Shown here piece by piece: positions 12,402-28,400 of a stretch of 64,000 bases of DNA. Where the stretch lies: NCBI GenBank assembly GCA_010909165.1, contig MU008155.1, forward strand, positions 806,001-870,000. The letters run 5' to 3'. The stretch comes from Anthoceros angustus (lineage: Eukaryota; Plantae; Anthocerotophyta). The notes under the pieces are model-generated. The model saw only the letters and a program-made list of their open reading frames with translations, did not search any database and was not told the origin of the DNA. Positions within the stretch are counted from its first letter, which is position 1; each line of letters begins with the position of its first letter. The position numbers and the translations under genes are program-made.

Positions 12402-13088
12402 GGCGGAGCCGCGTCTACGTTGCAAAAGAAGGGGAGTTGGTGTGGCAAGCAGCCACTTCCATGAACGTCTCACCGGAGCGCTCTCATGAACCGGACTCCT
12501 CAAGCCTGCAAAGCACGCAAAAGACAATGTGGAGAATCCAGCATGAGGAGCGTTTCTTCGCCGGATGTTGCCGAAGAGCAAGATCTAAAAGAAGAAACCT
12601 GCGAGCAGGACAAGAATCTCAAGCTGCGGCAGAAACGGTGGAATGCGTGAAGTGTGATACCTCCAACGGCAGCACGATCCCCGGCACCGCGGACGCGTAA
12701 GCTCCGCTGCAGCGAGCACTCAGAAGAGCTTGAAGGCACGGCAAAGACCTACATGGAAGAGCACAAGCGAGCCATCCGACGACATGCTCTGCCGCGGGCT
12801 GCTGCCACTGCTGCGTGTAGGAAAGGAAGAGCCCAATGCCGACGAGAGGGGCTCCGGCCTTTCGGAAGAAGGAGGGCGCCACAACGGAAGAATTCAAAAT
12901 CATCAGAGTGGGCCTGACTGCCAACAAACGGCATGGGGCCCTCCAACGGTCACATTCCCAACACCCATTTCGAGTCTTGTGCGTTTTTATTAGGAGGAGC
13001 TCTCCCCATTACACTGGCCACAATGCAAACGAGGTGCAAGATAGATAGGTTATGTACTCCTAATAACAACCTTATCTACTTCGTATTG

Positions 13089-13122
13089 ATATATATATAT
13101 ATCTGTGTGTGTGTGTGTGTGT
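13089..13122. repeat. Compound (AT)n/(GT)n microsatellite
   Basis: Direct reading. Confidence 0.9.
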
Positions 13123-13739
13123 CAATATTTTTATTAGAAAGCATAAAAGGATCAAATAATATCCCAAGATGAATATATTAAATCCAAATTATATTGTGCA
13201 CTTCACAAATACAATATATATAAATAAGTTCTAAACATGTATATACTCAAATGTAAATAGAGACTCATCTTATACAAACAAGGTTAAGAAAACCGGAAAG
13301 AAAAAAAAAAGCTCTACAATATAAGTACATCATATGCCTAGCATTAAAATTCATACGCTTAGACCAAATACACACACATTTATAAGAACGTCGTGATTAA
13401 GCCTCATGAGCTTAGATCGGTACTTAGATGGGGTGCTTAAAGGGAGTGGATGCCCTTGGTGCAAGTAGCTTAGGCACACCATGGTACAAGTTGTTAAGTA
13501 CCAAGTCTCATGACGGAAATCCGTCCTTAGTGGACTTAAATAAAATTCTTCTTTTTCTTCTTCATTACCAAAGACTTGTAAGGTTTTAATTGGATGGAAG
13601 GTTTTCTGAACTTGCTCACATGTGATGGTTTAAGTTATTCTAAAATTATTGAGAATTTCCATAAAACGTTTTAGAGTGGAAGCACTTCATATTTCTAGCT
13701 CCAAATGGAACTAGAAATATTCAAACTAGGAGAAGGCAT

Positions 13740-14400
13740 CATCTCGAAGGTTTTTCCAGTGAAATTGATCTAGTATTTATTTTCCATGTAATTTAAAAAA
13801 CACCGAAGAACCTTAAGACATCAGCCCTTTTTTGCAAGATAAGAGAAATCGTATATCAGCCGGCCCCGAAGAACTTCAAAAGCTTATAACAAGGGGCTTT
13901 TTCTTTTGCAAGAGAGATAACTAAATCCATATATCTGGCAGCCCCGACTTCAGAATCTTACCACAATGGCAAGTTTTGCAAGTGAGATATTGGAAATCAT
14001 TCATCAAGCAGCTCCAAGAGGCATCAAAACAAGCCATCAACGGTCGTGAGTAAACAGGGGTGAGAGGTACCCTCATCCCATTTGTGGTCTGACTTGAGGG
14101 TTCTCTAACGAAGGAGTTCTAATGAACTCTCGGCTAACGTGTCACTCCCCAAGGGAGGACATCATCTTTCAGATCGTATTACGTTACCAATCTCCATCAA
14201 TATTAGCAGGACCTTCAATTACTTCAAAAATGGTTTTTTTGCTAGGCTTGAGAAGGAACAAATCTATTCCAGACATACCATTGATAGTCGTATTTGCTAT
14301 TCTCTAGAAATCATGTCCCTAGGTCCCTCATTTGTTCTTTTAACCCTAGTATTACAAATCCACTCAAATTGAGTGGTTCACGCTAAGTTTTCACCTTTAT
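13740..14400 (+). pseudogene. Highly decayed plant-type leucine-rich-repeat array (LRR-RLK/RLP ectodomain relic)
   Basis: About 70-nt periodic TTTTGCAAG units translate across frameshifts as FAREITKSIY / FASEILEII / LEGSLTKEF / HHLSDRITLPIS / LRRNKSIPDIP / LQIHSN-LSGS, resembling LxxLxLxxNxLSGxIP. Many stops. Confidence 0.4.
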
Positions 14401-15779
14401 GTTTTTGGCGTGGCTAACTTGATCGAAGTATGCTAATGCCAATGTGCATTGGGCAATCTAATTTGCAGAAAACCTGACCTCCTACAACTCACTCCGGTTG
14501 CTCGAAGGTTTCAAAGATGCTGCACGACCACTATGGACAATGTGAGGTTACTCATGACTCCCTCCTCCAGGATCCATCCTAACATGCATTTGTGACCAGC
14601 CTTGATTTTCTGGTAATTAGTGGGCAGTAAAGGCATAGGGTGCTCCCAGTGTTCAGAATAGGATATGGGTCTCCGGACTTGTGGTCGGAAGTGGTTTGTA
14701 AGTCTTTTGGGTTCGATTTTCTGGTCTGTTCTGAGGACTGTGGTTAGTTCAGCCAAGGTGTTTTTCTTGTCCAAAATGTTGGCCTAGATATTTTGTGAGG
14801 TAGAAGAGCATGATGTGCAAAACCTAGTATGAAGGCCGCTTAAGCTAATTTCATGTGCATTGCTAGAATCAGCAAAGATGTTGTGCCATGTTATTTTGAA
14901 GAAGCATGGCCATGGCTTCTGGAATCTTGTGAAAGAGAAGGAGGGGTCAAGAATTTTCCTTGCCCAAATCACCGGACAAAGGAAAGTGAGCTGATCTTTG
15001 TTAAGAAGAGGGGATGAATTTTTGCAATGATTAGAATTAATACAAATTAAAAATCATAAGCTCGCAAAAAATAGGCCAAAAACCTCTTTAGCATTCTGGA
15101 GTTAACTATATCTAGTCTATCACCCAAGCACAATATGGTGTTGACATGTCTACGTTGAACCACAAGCTTGCGCCTATAATCACAAAAAGGGTAGAAAATA
15201 TTTATTGTAGTGGATACATAATTAAGAAAAAGTCCTTTCCTTCACATTCTTCGGCTATTGTACGTTGAATTAACCCAACATGACCAATTTTCCCAATTCG
15301 AGTACTTAGGGCCACTTTTGGGGTTACTATGGGCGGAGAAAAATATCCCTAATATCATTATTGTGTTGTATGACTTTTAGCGAGTTGAATCCAGCCACTT
15401 GCAGGCCCTATGAAAAAATTGCACACGAGGGTAAGCATAGTGTGTTTTTCAATAAAGTAGTTGATCGTATGCAACCATGTCTAGTTTATGTGTGGTTACT
15501 AAGTTAGTTCAATCTAGCATACGTTAGACATAACCATGATACAATAAATTCTGTAGAGGCCACACTACAGTCATGCTGCTGCTAGCATATCCTTAGGCAC
15601 CTGGGTACCTTCTATCCAAAAAAAATGGTCATTTGATTACTTTAAAGACTATTATTTAGATCATAGTTTTTATATATCTAATCATATACAGCAAACAACC
15701 ATATGAAGAGAGAGCAAGGCAACCGAGTAAATCGCTTCTATGGAGCTAACAATTAGTATATTTAAGAAACCTGAACTAA

Positions 15780-15945
15780 CTAAACACTCATATAAATATA
15801 AGGTGCTACCTATTGTACATGTCTAAACACTCTTATAATCCTAGAGTGCTACTTGTTGCACGTGAGTAAATACTCATATTGTAATTCTAAAGTATTACTT
15901 GATGCGCATGACTAAACACTCGTATAATCCTAAAGTGTTACTTGG
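15780..15945. repeat. 4 x about 43-46-nt imperfect tandem repeat (CTAAACACTC...AGTGCTAC)
   Basis: Unit starts near 15780, 15823, 15866 and 15912. Confidence 0.75.
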
Positions 15946-16693
15946 CTGAGTAATCTTGTAAGTAGTGCTACATACCAAATCCTTGAGTTGTAAGCAAGAA
16001 GTGGCTTATTTTTAATCGCACACTACATGCTACGAATTTATAAAATTGGAATGTTTTGTTCTCATCGCCTAGTGCAGATGAGACTTCCCATCTCTCAACT
16101 CTCTGTCATTTTTTTAAAGTGAGCATGAATAAAAAAAATTAAAATCACAATGTAATAAATTCACATGACCTAATTACTTATCAAACCCCCTCAGACGGAA
16201 TTCTGAAAAGTGGCACTTGTGTCTAAAACTAAAACCTTTAGCGCTAATATACTTTTAAATGGCGGTGCTTACAATCCATGTATGTTTAAGTAATAAATCA
16301 ATGATGAAAATACTCGGATAGCTTTCTTCACGTCTTAAAACAAACTAGGGGGTTCAAACAAACTAGGGGGTTCCATGAACCGGAAGACCGTATGGAATTG
16401 GTGAACAGCCCCACATGCAGGCGATGGAGACCACCCCGTCTCATCATGTATGTACGTATATAATTTTCCTTCCATCCCTTCCCTACGGACCACCCCGTGT
16501 TTATGTACATACATACCGTATTCAGTTCAGAGTACATGGCAATACGACACATAAGTCTCGCCTCAAGACCGGACGCATCACGCATACACTTGGACGTGGG
16601 AGCGCAGGATTGTCCTAAAATCGATGATAAATAGATAGATAAGTAGATAAAAACTGCCCAGTCTACGTGCGAAGACAAAAATTGACAGACACG

Positions 16694-18086
<1,393 letters not shown>

Positions 18087-18539
18087 TGCTCCGCCCTTCT
18101 CGAACCCACTACAGGGAAATGCTAAGGAAGAAGCCCCACACCCATCTATCCCCGAGACCTGGCCGCATCCCGTCGCCCACCTGCCAGCGCCCGTTGCAAG
18201 CAGGCCTGCTATGCCTGCTCCTGCTTCGCAAATGGCTTGTCAGCCCACGTGGTGCCAACAGCCGGATTTCACACCGCAGGGGAGAGTTTCGATGCAAAGC
18301 CAAAAACACCAGCAATCGTCTCCCCCTGGAATTTCTCGAAATGATCAAACCTAAAGGTGGTTGAATTTGGAAAGGAGGCAGTTTAATATGTGGGTTAAAC
18401 GGGGGTAGATAGACTAGTGTAAAACGCTGCATTGGGGGCCTGCAAAATCCAGTGAGCTTGGGTGGGGAGGCTGTCGAGCGGAATGGTGGAGGGGGCGCTC
18501 GAATCTGTCGGGCAGGATCTGAAGGGGGCACTTCCTACG

Positions 18540-21166
<2,627 letters not shown>

Positions 21167-21562
21167 ATTTGGGGTCCTCTTCATTCGGTTTTGGTTTCGT
21201 CACGAACATTCATTTTCCCCAAGCTGGGCTGGCAGTTTCAGGCTAACTCGTCTGGGGATGTAAAAGGATTTCTCGTAGACCTAGCAAGAGCGGCCATCTA
21301 CCTCCGGAACGGAGGGTGCGGAGTCGTAGAGGCGGTCCAAAGTTTGAACCCGTCATTCGAGTCAAGTGCAACCTGGTGGCTTGCGAGGCATCTTTCGATG
21401 TGTTATCTTGTAGTGTGACGTAGGTGCGGTTGGTCCGGTTCAATTTTCTTATCACGTTATGAAGGGTTTTCTCTTCTTTGGCCGCTTCGGAGGCCAAACA
21501 ACACAAAGCAAACCGGTGGACGAACATCGTGGAACATGGACAAGGACAATCGCTTCGATAAA

Positions 21563-21910
21563 TCTTGGCCTCCATATGTGAACAAACATCGCAAAACACG
21601 GACATGAACACTGACCTCAATAAGTCCCCCTATAGGTGACACTCGCTTCAGCAAATCCTCTTCATCTTGGCCTCCATATGTGAACAAACATCGCAGAACA
21701 CGGACATGAACACTCGCCTCAATAAGTCTCCGCCCCTATAGGTGACACTCGCTTCAGCAAATCCTCTTCAATAAATCTCCGCCCCTATAGTTGACGGAAC
21801 GAGCTGTGAAATCCCCGCCTCTATTGGTGACGGAACGAGATGTTAAATCCCTGCCTCTATAGGTGACGGAACGAGGCGGATCCCCGCCTCTATAGGTGAC
21901 GGAACGAGGT
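21563..21910. repeat. Two-tier minisatellite: 2 x about 104-nt units plus 4 x about 33-38-nt units sharing a CCCC/TCTATAGGTGAC core
   Basis: Long units at about 21563-21664 and 21665-21770. Short units aaatccccgcctctataggtgacggaacgag run from about 21771 to 21910. Confidence 0.9.
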
Positions 21911-22890
21911 GCTAAGTGTGCCCTCAATTGCAAGGAGGGACAGCCCTGCGGAAAGAGAAAGGAAAGGAAGAGGGAGATATGCATATTCCAATGCCCTCCC
22001 TGCATGCATGGTCGAAAAGGGGACGGGACCCGAGGACGGGTTAGGAGAGCCTGAAGGTTTCTTCCGAGATACCTCGAAATTAGTGACATTTTTTATTGAA
22101 GAAAATAACCCTAAAACATAGAGCCTTATAAAAAGATGCCATATTTGTTAGAATTTAATATATATATGATTTGGAATATGGGCTTGAGAAACTCATTTTG
22201 AGTGGGTTGGGCAACATGGGGTTAAGGAACCGTGGATTCTTTGGCAGCTTGATTCTTTCCACTCGAACGCTGACAAGGTGGAAGATGTGCGCTACCTCCA
22301 TTTTCTTTGATATGGAAGGCAAATAGCTTTGTGTAGGACGTGCAGAAGTAGGTTTCCTGAACTTGGATTGCAACATCTTGGAGATGTTTCTTTGAGCTAG
22401 GATCTTTGAACTTTCTTCGAGCATTTCCAACGGAGATGAGAGCCCCTCATGGCCTGCGATGCCACCTTTTGTTAGCATCCGCCTGAGGATTGCACTCTGC
22501 CTGCAACTGAGGATCTACCTACGGCTGAGAATCCGGTTGATCATCTACCAGCGGCTTGTCATCTGCCTAAGGGTGGGTTCCCGTGTATGGCCACCCCTTA
22601 GCTTGAAACTCGAGTGAAGCTCGTGTCACCTTCGCATGTCATGCCCATGCGTCTTAAAAAGTGATTGCCATTATGTTGGTTCGCTTCAAAGTTCAATGTT
22701 TGATGTAGGTTTCCTACGAAGTCGGGCCAGAAGCATCGTTACGAAGAACTTGATATCAACCCCCAGGGTATGACGTGGCTCCGCTTATGAGATATATGGT
22801 AGTTCAACAACTTTTGGTGTACCTAAAAATGGACCCAATAAACTTTACCGGGTCTTGTATAGTTTGAGGGGTGCAGCATTCATTAACAAG

Positions 22891-22941
22891 TTTCTAGGGG
22901 GTTTCTATAGGGGGGGTTTTAGGGGGGTTTTAGGGGGTTTT
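22891..22941 (+). repeat. Telomere-like (TTTTAGGGGG)n degenerate tract, G-quadruplex-forming motif
   Basis: Four G5-G7 runs separated by TTTCTATA/TTTTA linkers. Confidence 0.7.
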
Positions 22942-25047
22942 GCACACGCGAACCCAACCTAAGAATCTGGCAGCGGCTTGTTACCCTCCTAAGAATCTCG
23001 TTCAGTGGCTTGTCATATGTCATAGGAGCTACGCATGCAACTTGTCGTCGGCCTGACAATTTACCACGACTGCTGGATTTTAGGCCCATGCTGTCAGCAA
23101 AGGAAAAGAGGAAACGTGTTTCTGACCAAAATTGCCATAGTCGGAGAGGAAATCTAAGAGAAAAATAAGCGGAAAAATCACATGGAAAAAACTTGGAGGG
23201 AAAAAAAGACGAAAAAAGTAGATGGAGTTAGCAAATGACGTGGTCAGTATGTTGGTGGCAGTGATAAGCCTCATTCTCACATTGAAGAGAGCAGCAGTTG
23301 ATGGCATCTCACAGCCATCGACTGATGGCAATCAGTTGTATTCCGGTATGTTGTAATTGCAATTACCCAGGCCATTACTTCACTTCTTGTCTAATGGCTG
23401 ACGAATAAGGGATTGGGGATAATAAGAGTCTCCAATAGAGGCCATTCACCACAATCAATTAAGAATAGGCCCTGAGACTGGAAAGAGCATGTCTAGGTAA
23501 GAAATACTAGTAGTTCAAACCAAAGTTCATGTTGACTCTTCTTTTTCAGTGGCAAGTGCACATATGACTTGGCTCTTCTTTTTTAGTGGTAAGTGTATAT
23601 TTGACCGACTCTTCTTTGTTTAGTAGTAAGTGTATATCATACGACACTCGAGGCCTCGAGGGAGGATAAATTTCATATTTTTAATTGTATGTCAACCTAT
23701 AGATCAATAACTTCTTTCATGTGATTTGAGGTTACATTGTTACAAAGAATAAATATAGCATACCTATACAACACAAATCCATAAAAGGCCATAAAATCAC
23801 AAAGGTTATAAAATCTCCACTGTCATGTATGATGACTTTCTAGATTGTGGTTTTTATTAACCTCTATATGCCCAACTGTCTCATTTTGAGACGCTAAGAC
23901 GTGTGCTCCGGTAAAGAAAAAACGCAAGCTTTGGGCGATATGGTCAACGTGGTGCACTCTCAAGAAATACTAGGAGGGAGTTCCACCCACGAAGACAGAC
24001 AGCAAGCGTCCCTAACTCAGCTGCAAAAGAAAATTATGCCCCTCTTGCACCAAAATTGATTGAGGAGAGAAGGAACAAGAAACGACATGGAAAGGCCCAA
24101 CCATAGGTCGAGGTGTGAACCAAACCCAGTTTTGAGAAGAGGCCGAGGCACGGAAACCTGGCCTGAACGCCTACCATGCTCTTCCTCATGGCAAGAGACG
24201 TGGTCCTAGAGCCACCGGCTTCTCTCCCTCACCACCCAATGTTGCAATCCCGGGCTTGCGGGTGTTTTGTCCACTTGCTCCTGTTATTTTCACCATCGTA
24301 CTTGTGTTGGTAAAGGGCCTTGGTTTGGGCAGCGGCCACCAAGGCCTCAGTGAGGAAAGTGAATTCTAGCTGGTGATGGTTTTATATACTTTAGTTGTCT
24401 AACTGGTGGTGGGTGCGTGTTCACAGACCAAACTTGCACGAGGAGGTAAAGTGGCTTGGAGCAGTCACACACCCGGGTTCCCACAACGAATCGCAAGAAG
24501 ACAAAGAACGGACTGCGTTCATGCAATGTGCACTTCGTGTGACGCGTTTGGAGTTAAGGATAGGAGCATGGTGGGTTACGAGATTCTTTCGGAGTCTGGT
24601 TTTTCATAGCAGGACATTGAAGTTTTGCGCATAGCATCTTGCACACTCCACTTATGCATGCAGTTTTCATACGGTGTGTAGCCTTTGCAAAGGCATAACG
24701 TTCGATATGAAGATTGCCTGTTTTCGTGATGAATTGACCCTCAACCACGACCCACTGCAATCACGAAAAAAAACCTCTATAGTTTTAATGGCTACATCGT
24801 TTTAATGGCCACAGCTAATGCCTCACACCTCGAATGCCGGCAAGGTTGTGCTCATCATGAAGAGGAGAAGGAGGGCATGTCCCTTCCATTGTCACGGATT
24901 TGATGAAGGCTCATACGATTTTACATGCAATTATAAGTCTGAGGAAAGTATTTTCTCGAAAATACCCTCCACACCCCCTGGTTATTTATGGGTTAAAGGA
25001 GAAGAGAGTAGGTAGTGATGCTGTGGCTGATGACTTTTGCAAAACAA

Positions 25048-25193
25048 GTGAGTGAAACAGTAACGTCGTTGGGCGAGTTGGGCAAAAATGTGAGTGAAAC
25101 AGTAACGTCGCACAGCGAGTTGGGCTACTACTGGTCAGCAAAACATATTAAAGGACGACGGGTTGAGCTACTACTGGTCAGCAAAACATATTA
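25048..25193. repeat. Two adjacent short direct duplications with about 42-nt period
   Basis: gtgagtgaaacagtaacgtcg at 25048 and 25090; gctactactggtcagcaaaacatatta at 25124 and 25167. Confidence 0.85.
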
Positions 25194-25480
25194 CCAGCTA
25201 AAGCACAGCAGGTTACGTCCATGGACAATTGATTGAGAGGCAAGAGTCATCCTAACAAGCTTTCACGCCTTCCCTAGACCTAAAGACCCACTTAATACAT
25301 AAATGGTGGCGGGGACGTAATTAGTGTCCATTTGTAGATAGTGAACGAGAAAAGAAAGTAAAAGTTAGGGTAATAGGTGCCTGATAAAATGATGAAAAGT
25401 GCCAGGAAACAAGTAATGAGTTTCGCCGGAGTTATTGAACGAAATCGCAGCTCACAAACCCATGAGAGCATTCGAAAAAG

Positions 25481-25489
25481 AAACCCTAG
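25481..25489 (+). promoter_or_regulatory. Telo-box-like element (AAACCCTAG) just upstream of the CHR12-like start
   Basis: Motif match to the plant telo box AAACCCTA near a start codon. Function not shown. Confidence 0.3.
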
Positions 25490-25495
25490 GGGCAA

Positions 25496-28400
25496 ATGGA
25501 CATGGATCGTTCAGAGGCTGAGGAGACGCCATGCCTCAGGCAGCATCAGCAGCTGCACTCGGCGCATGTTACCGACGAGCGCTCCCCGCTGGTTAACAAG
25601 GTGAAGCTACTGCTGGGAGCGCTCTCGTACCTTTCCAGAGATGTTCCACTCGACCCCGCGCTCCTGCATCATGTCGCTGCCATCGAACGGGAGCAGGAGC
25701 AGCAGCCCCTCGCCGTCGCGGACCCGGACCCGGACCCGGACCCGGACCGGGAGCAGCAGCCGGATGCGCCACTCACTCCTGATGTAATTCACGCACACTA
25801 TCTGCTGCGCTAACTCTTGCCTGCCCTTGTCCAGCTTGCTCGGCCAATCGGGCAGGCCGGTGTGCGCCCGCGCCCGCCGCTGCTGTCTTGTTGCTCGAGC
25901 CGGCCTGCAGAGCCGGCTTGTGCCACCACTAAAAGCCCACTCTTTGAGGGATGATTGTGACGACAACTTGAGTCTGTTTTATACTTTTCCTCTAACCAAC
26001 GGTACCCTACGTTTGTGTGGCAGATCGTCGACGAGGACTCCTCGCAAGCTCACGCCGGAGGCTGTCTTGTTGCTCCTGCAAGTTCCGAGGAAGGTGAGTT
26101 CTCAGGCTGGCGAGTGTGCGTGTAGCTTGTTGCGGGCTGGACTCGGCTGCGGGGAGCTGGCAGTGTGCGGGCAGGAAGTGTGAAGGATGGGTGCAGGACG
26201 TTTATTAGCCTAGGTTGTCGTCTGCAGGGTCGTTTGCAGCTGCTAAGACTTGTGGCGTGGCGCAGCTGACATACAATATGATGGCGCCGAGATTGAGGCG
26301 TCCGGGAGGTGGCGCAAAGACCTCGAAGAGGCATTGGCATGTACTCGGTCAGAGCTTTTCTCAGCCAGTGCTCTTAGGGAGGAGCAAGACGCCCGGATAC
26401 ATAGACTTGTCGCTCGTCGCATCAAGGAACTTCAAGGTGGGGGGGCGCGGGCTCATGAGGACTTTCGATTGTTTTGTGCGGCATTTCAATTGTCTTGTGC
26501 GATGCAGTCGTTAGATGTCCTGGAACAGCTGAAGCGCATGTGAATCATTTTGCGGCAAAGTGTTGCAATGCTGGATCCTTTAATGACTGAGGTCAGTTTG
26601 GATTTGCGTGCTGTGTAGAGTTGCCGTCACAAATTGGCGAAGATGTTAAAAGGGGATGCTGGGTAGAGTTGCGAACGCTGCAGGTAACGTGTCTATGTGT
26701 GTGACATCTAGGTCAGGCGGGGGACAAACTTTGTTCTGCCTGTTTAGTGAACTAGGCCATGGTCTTGCGTCTTGGTGGCAGCTAGGGCCCATTCAAACAA
26801 AGGTACGGACGGAGGTTGGGGCAGAGCTGCGCTGGAAGGAGCTTTGCAGTACACCTTCACTGCTTTTTGCATGGGACTCTCAGCGACTGAAGCGGAATAT
26901 TGGTGCTATTTCGGGGGCACCAGTGGAAGTACCTATGCTTGCGAATGGTGATGACAGGACAAGGAGGAAGCGTGAAGCTGAGGTATATGAAAGTTAGGCG
27001 TTTCTGTCTCCCGTGTGTGGATTTCAATTCTTCTGTTTGACACTCTTTGGCTTGCAGAGACAAAGGCGGGTAGACGAAGAAGAAAGAGTGCGAGTGGCCA
27101 CTCGAAAGAGAAAGTTCTTTAGTGAACTTCTGAACCTGTCGCGGGAGTATGGATTTCAAGGGCAATTTGTTGCCAAGCGAAGGAAGCAAAAGAATGATGC
27201 CATTCTGGTACTGTAGTGGTTGTGAGTGAAATGATTTGCCGCTGTGATTGAAGACTAGGTTGGGGTCGACTCCCTTGGTGACGCCTTTGATACATGTCAC
27301 ACAGGCTTGGCATGCAAAACAAAGAAAGCGTGCGACCAGGGCAGAAAAACTGAGAGTACAGGCATTGAAAGCAGATGATCAGGAAGCCTACATGCGAATG
27401 GTGGAGGAGAGCAAGAATGAACGTTTAACCACATTGCTTGCTAAAACTGATGATCTTCTCCAACGGCTGGGTGCCATGGTCCAGAAGCAGAAGCATGCTG
27501 AGCCAGAGGACAACTTCAGGAAAGATAAGCACAGATCAGGGAAAAACACCAGGGAGCCTTCATCGCCGCGGGCTAAAGGCGCAAAAGATCATGTGTTTGA
27601 TGCTGATAACCCACAAGAACTTGATGTGGGTAAGAAGAGGGACCTTTTGGAAGGTCAGCGGCAGTATAACTCTGCAGTTCACTCGATCGAGGAGAAGGTA
27701 TGCACCGAGGGCTATTTGTTCGATCCTTCCTTGCTGGAGCATCATGTAACTGAACTGATGTTCTACTTGCTGGCTCGGTCCCATGCAGGTCACTGTTCAA
27801 CCAGCAATGCTTGAAGGAGGAGAGCTGCGGCCATATCAGCTTGAGGGTCTACAGTGGATGCTGTCATTGTACAACAACAACTTGAATGGCATACTGGCTG
27901 ATGAGATGGGGCTAGGCAAAACTATTCAGTCCATAGCTCTTCTGGCGTATCTTATTGAGAATAAGGGCCTGTCAGGACCACACATCATTGTGGCACCAAA
28001 AGCTGTTCTTCCAAACTGGGCCAACGAGTTTGCAGCATGGGTTCCCAGGTAGCATCTCTGCGTCCGAAGCTAGCTCATTTGCTCTTTGTAGAAAAGGTGA
28101 CCTGAGAATATTCTGGGTTTTGGATGGGTGCAGTCTTACTGCAGTTGTTTATGACGGAAAGGCAGAGGAACGAAGAGTCATTCGGGAAGAATATCCTGAG
28201 GGGACAAATTTCAATGTGTTGATCACCCATTATGATCTTATCATGCGTGACAAGGACAAAAAGTATCTGAAAAAGATCAAATGGCATTATATGATTGTTG
28301 ATGAAGGCCAACGTCTGAAGAATTATGACTGCATTCTATTCCATACACTTGTTTCAGGGTATGCATTTGTTGGTGTGTTTTTGTGATGTACACAGGGGGT

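Noticed and set aside
14680-14725. tRNA-like A-box (TGGTCGGAAGTGG) and B-box (GGTTCGATT)
   Set aside because: The boxes are only about 16 nt apart, with no anticodon arm or acceptor stem.
21771-21910. CRISPR-like array of about 30-nt direct repeats
   Set aside because: Spacers are only 2-8 nt, there are no cas genes, and the context is eukaryotic. It is a minisatellite.
23230-23490. Possible Harbinger/PIF transposase fragment on the minus strand (IGDSYYP)
   Set aside because: Only one short motif matches. The expected downstream HxxxRxxIERAFG motif is not recognisable.
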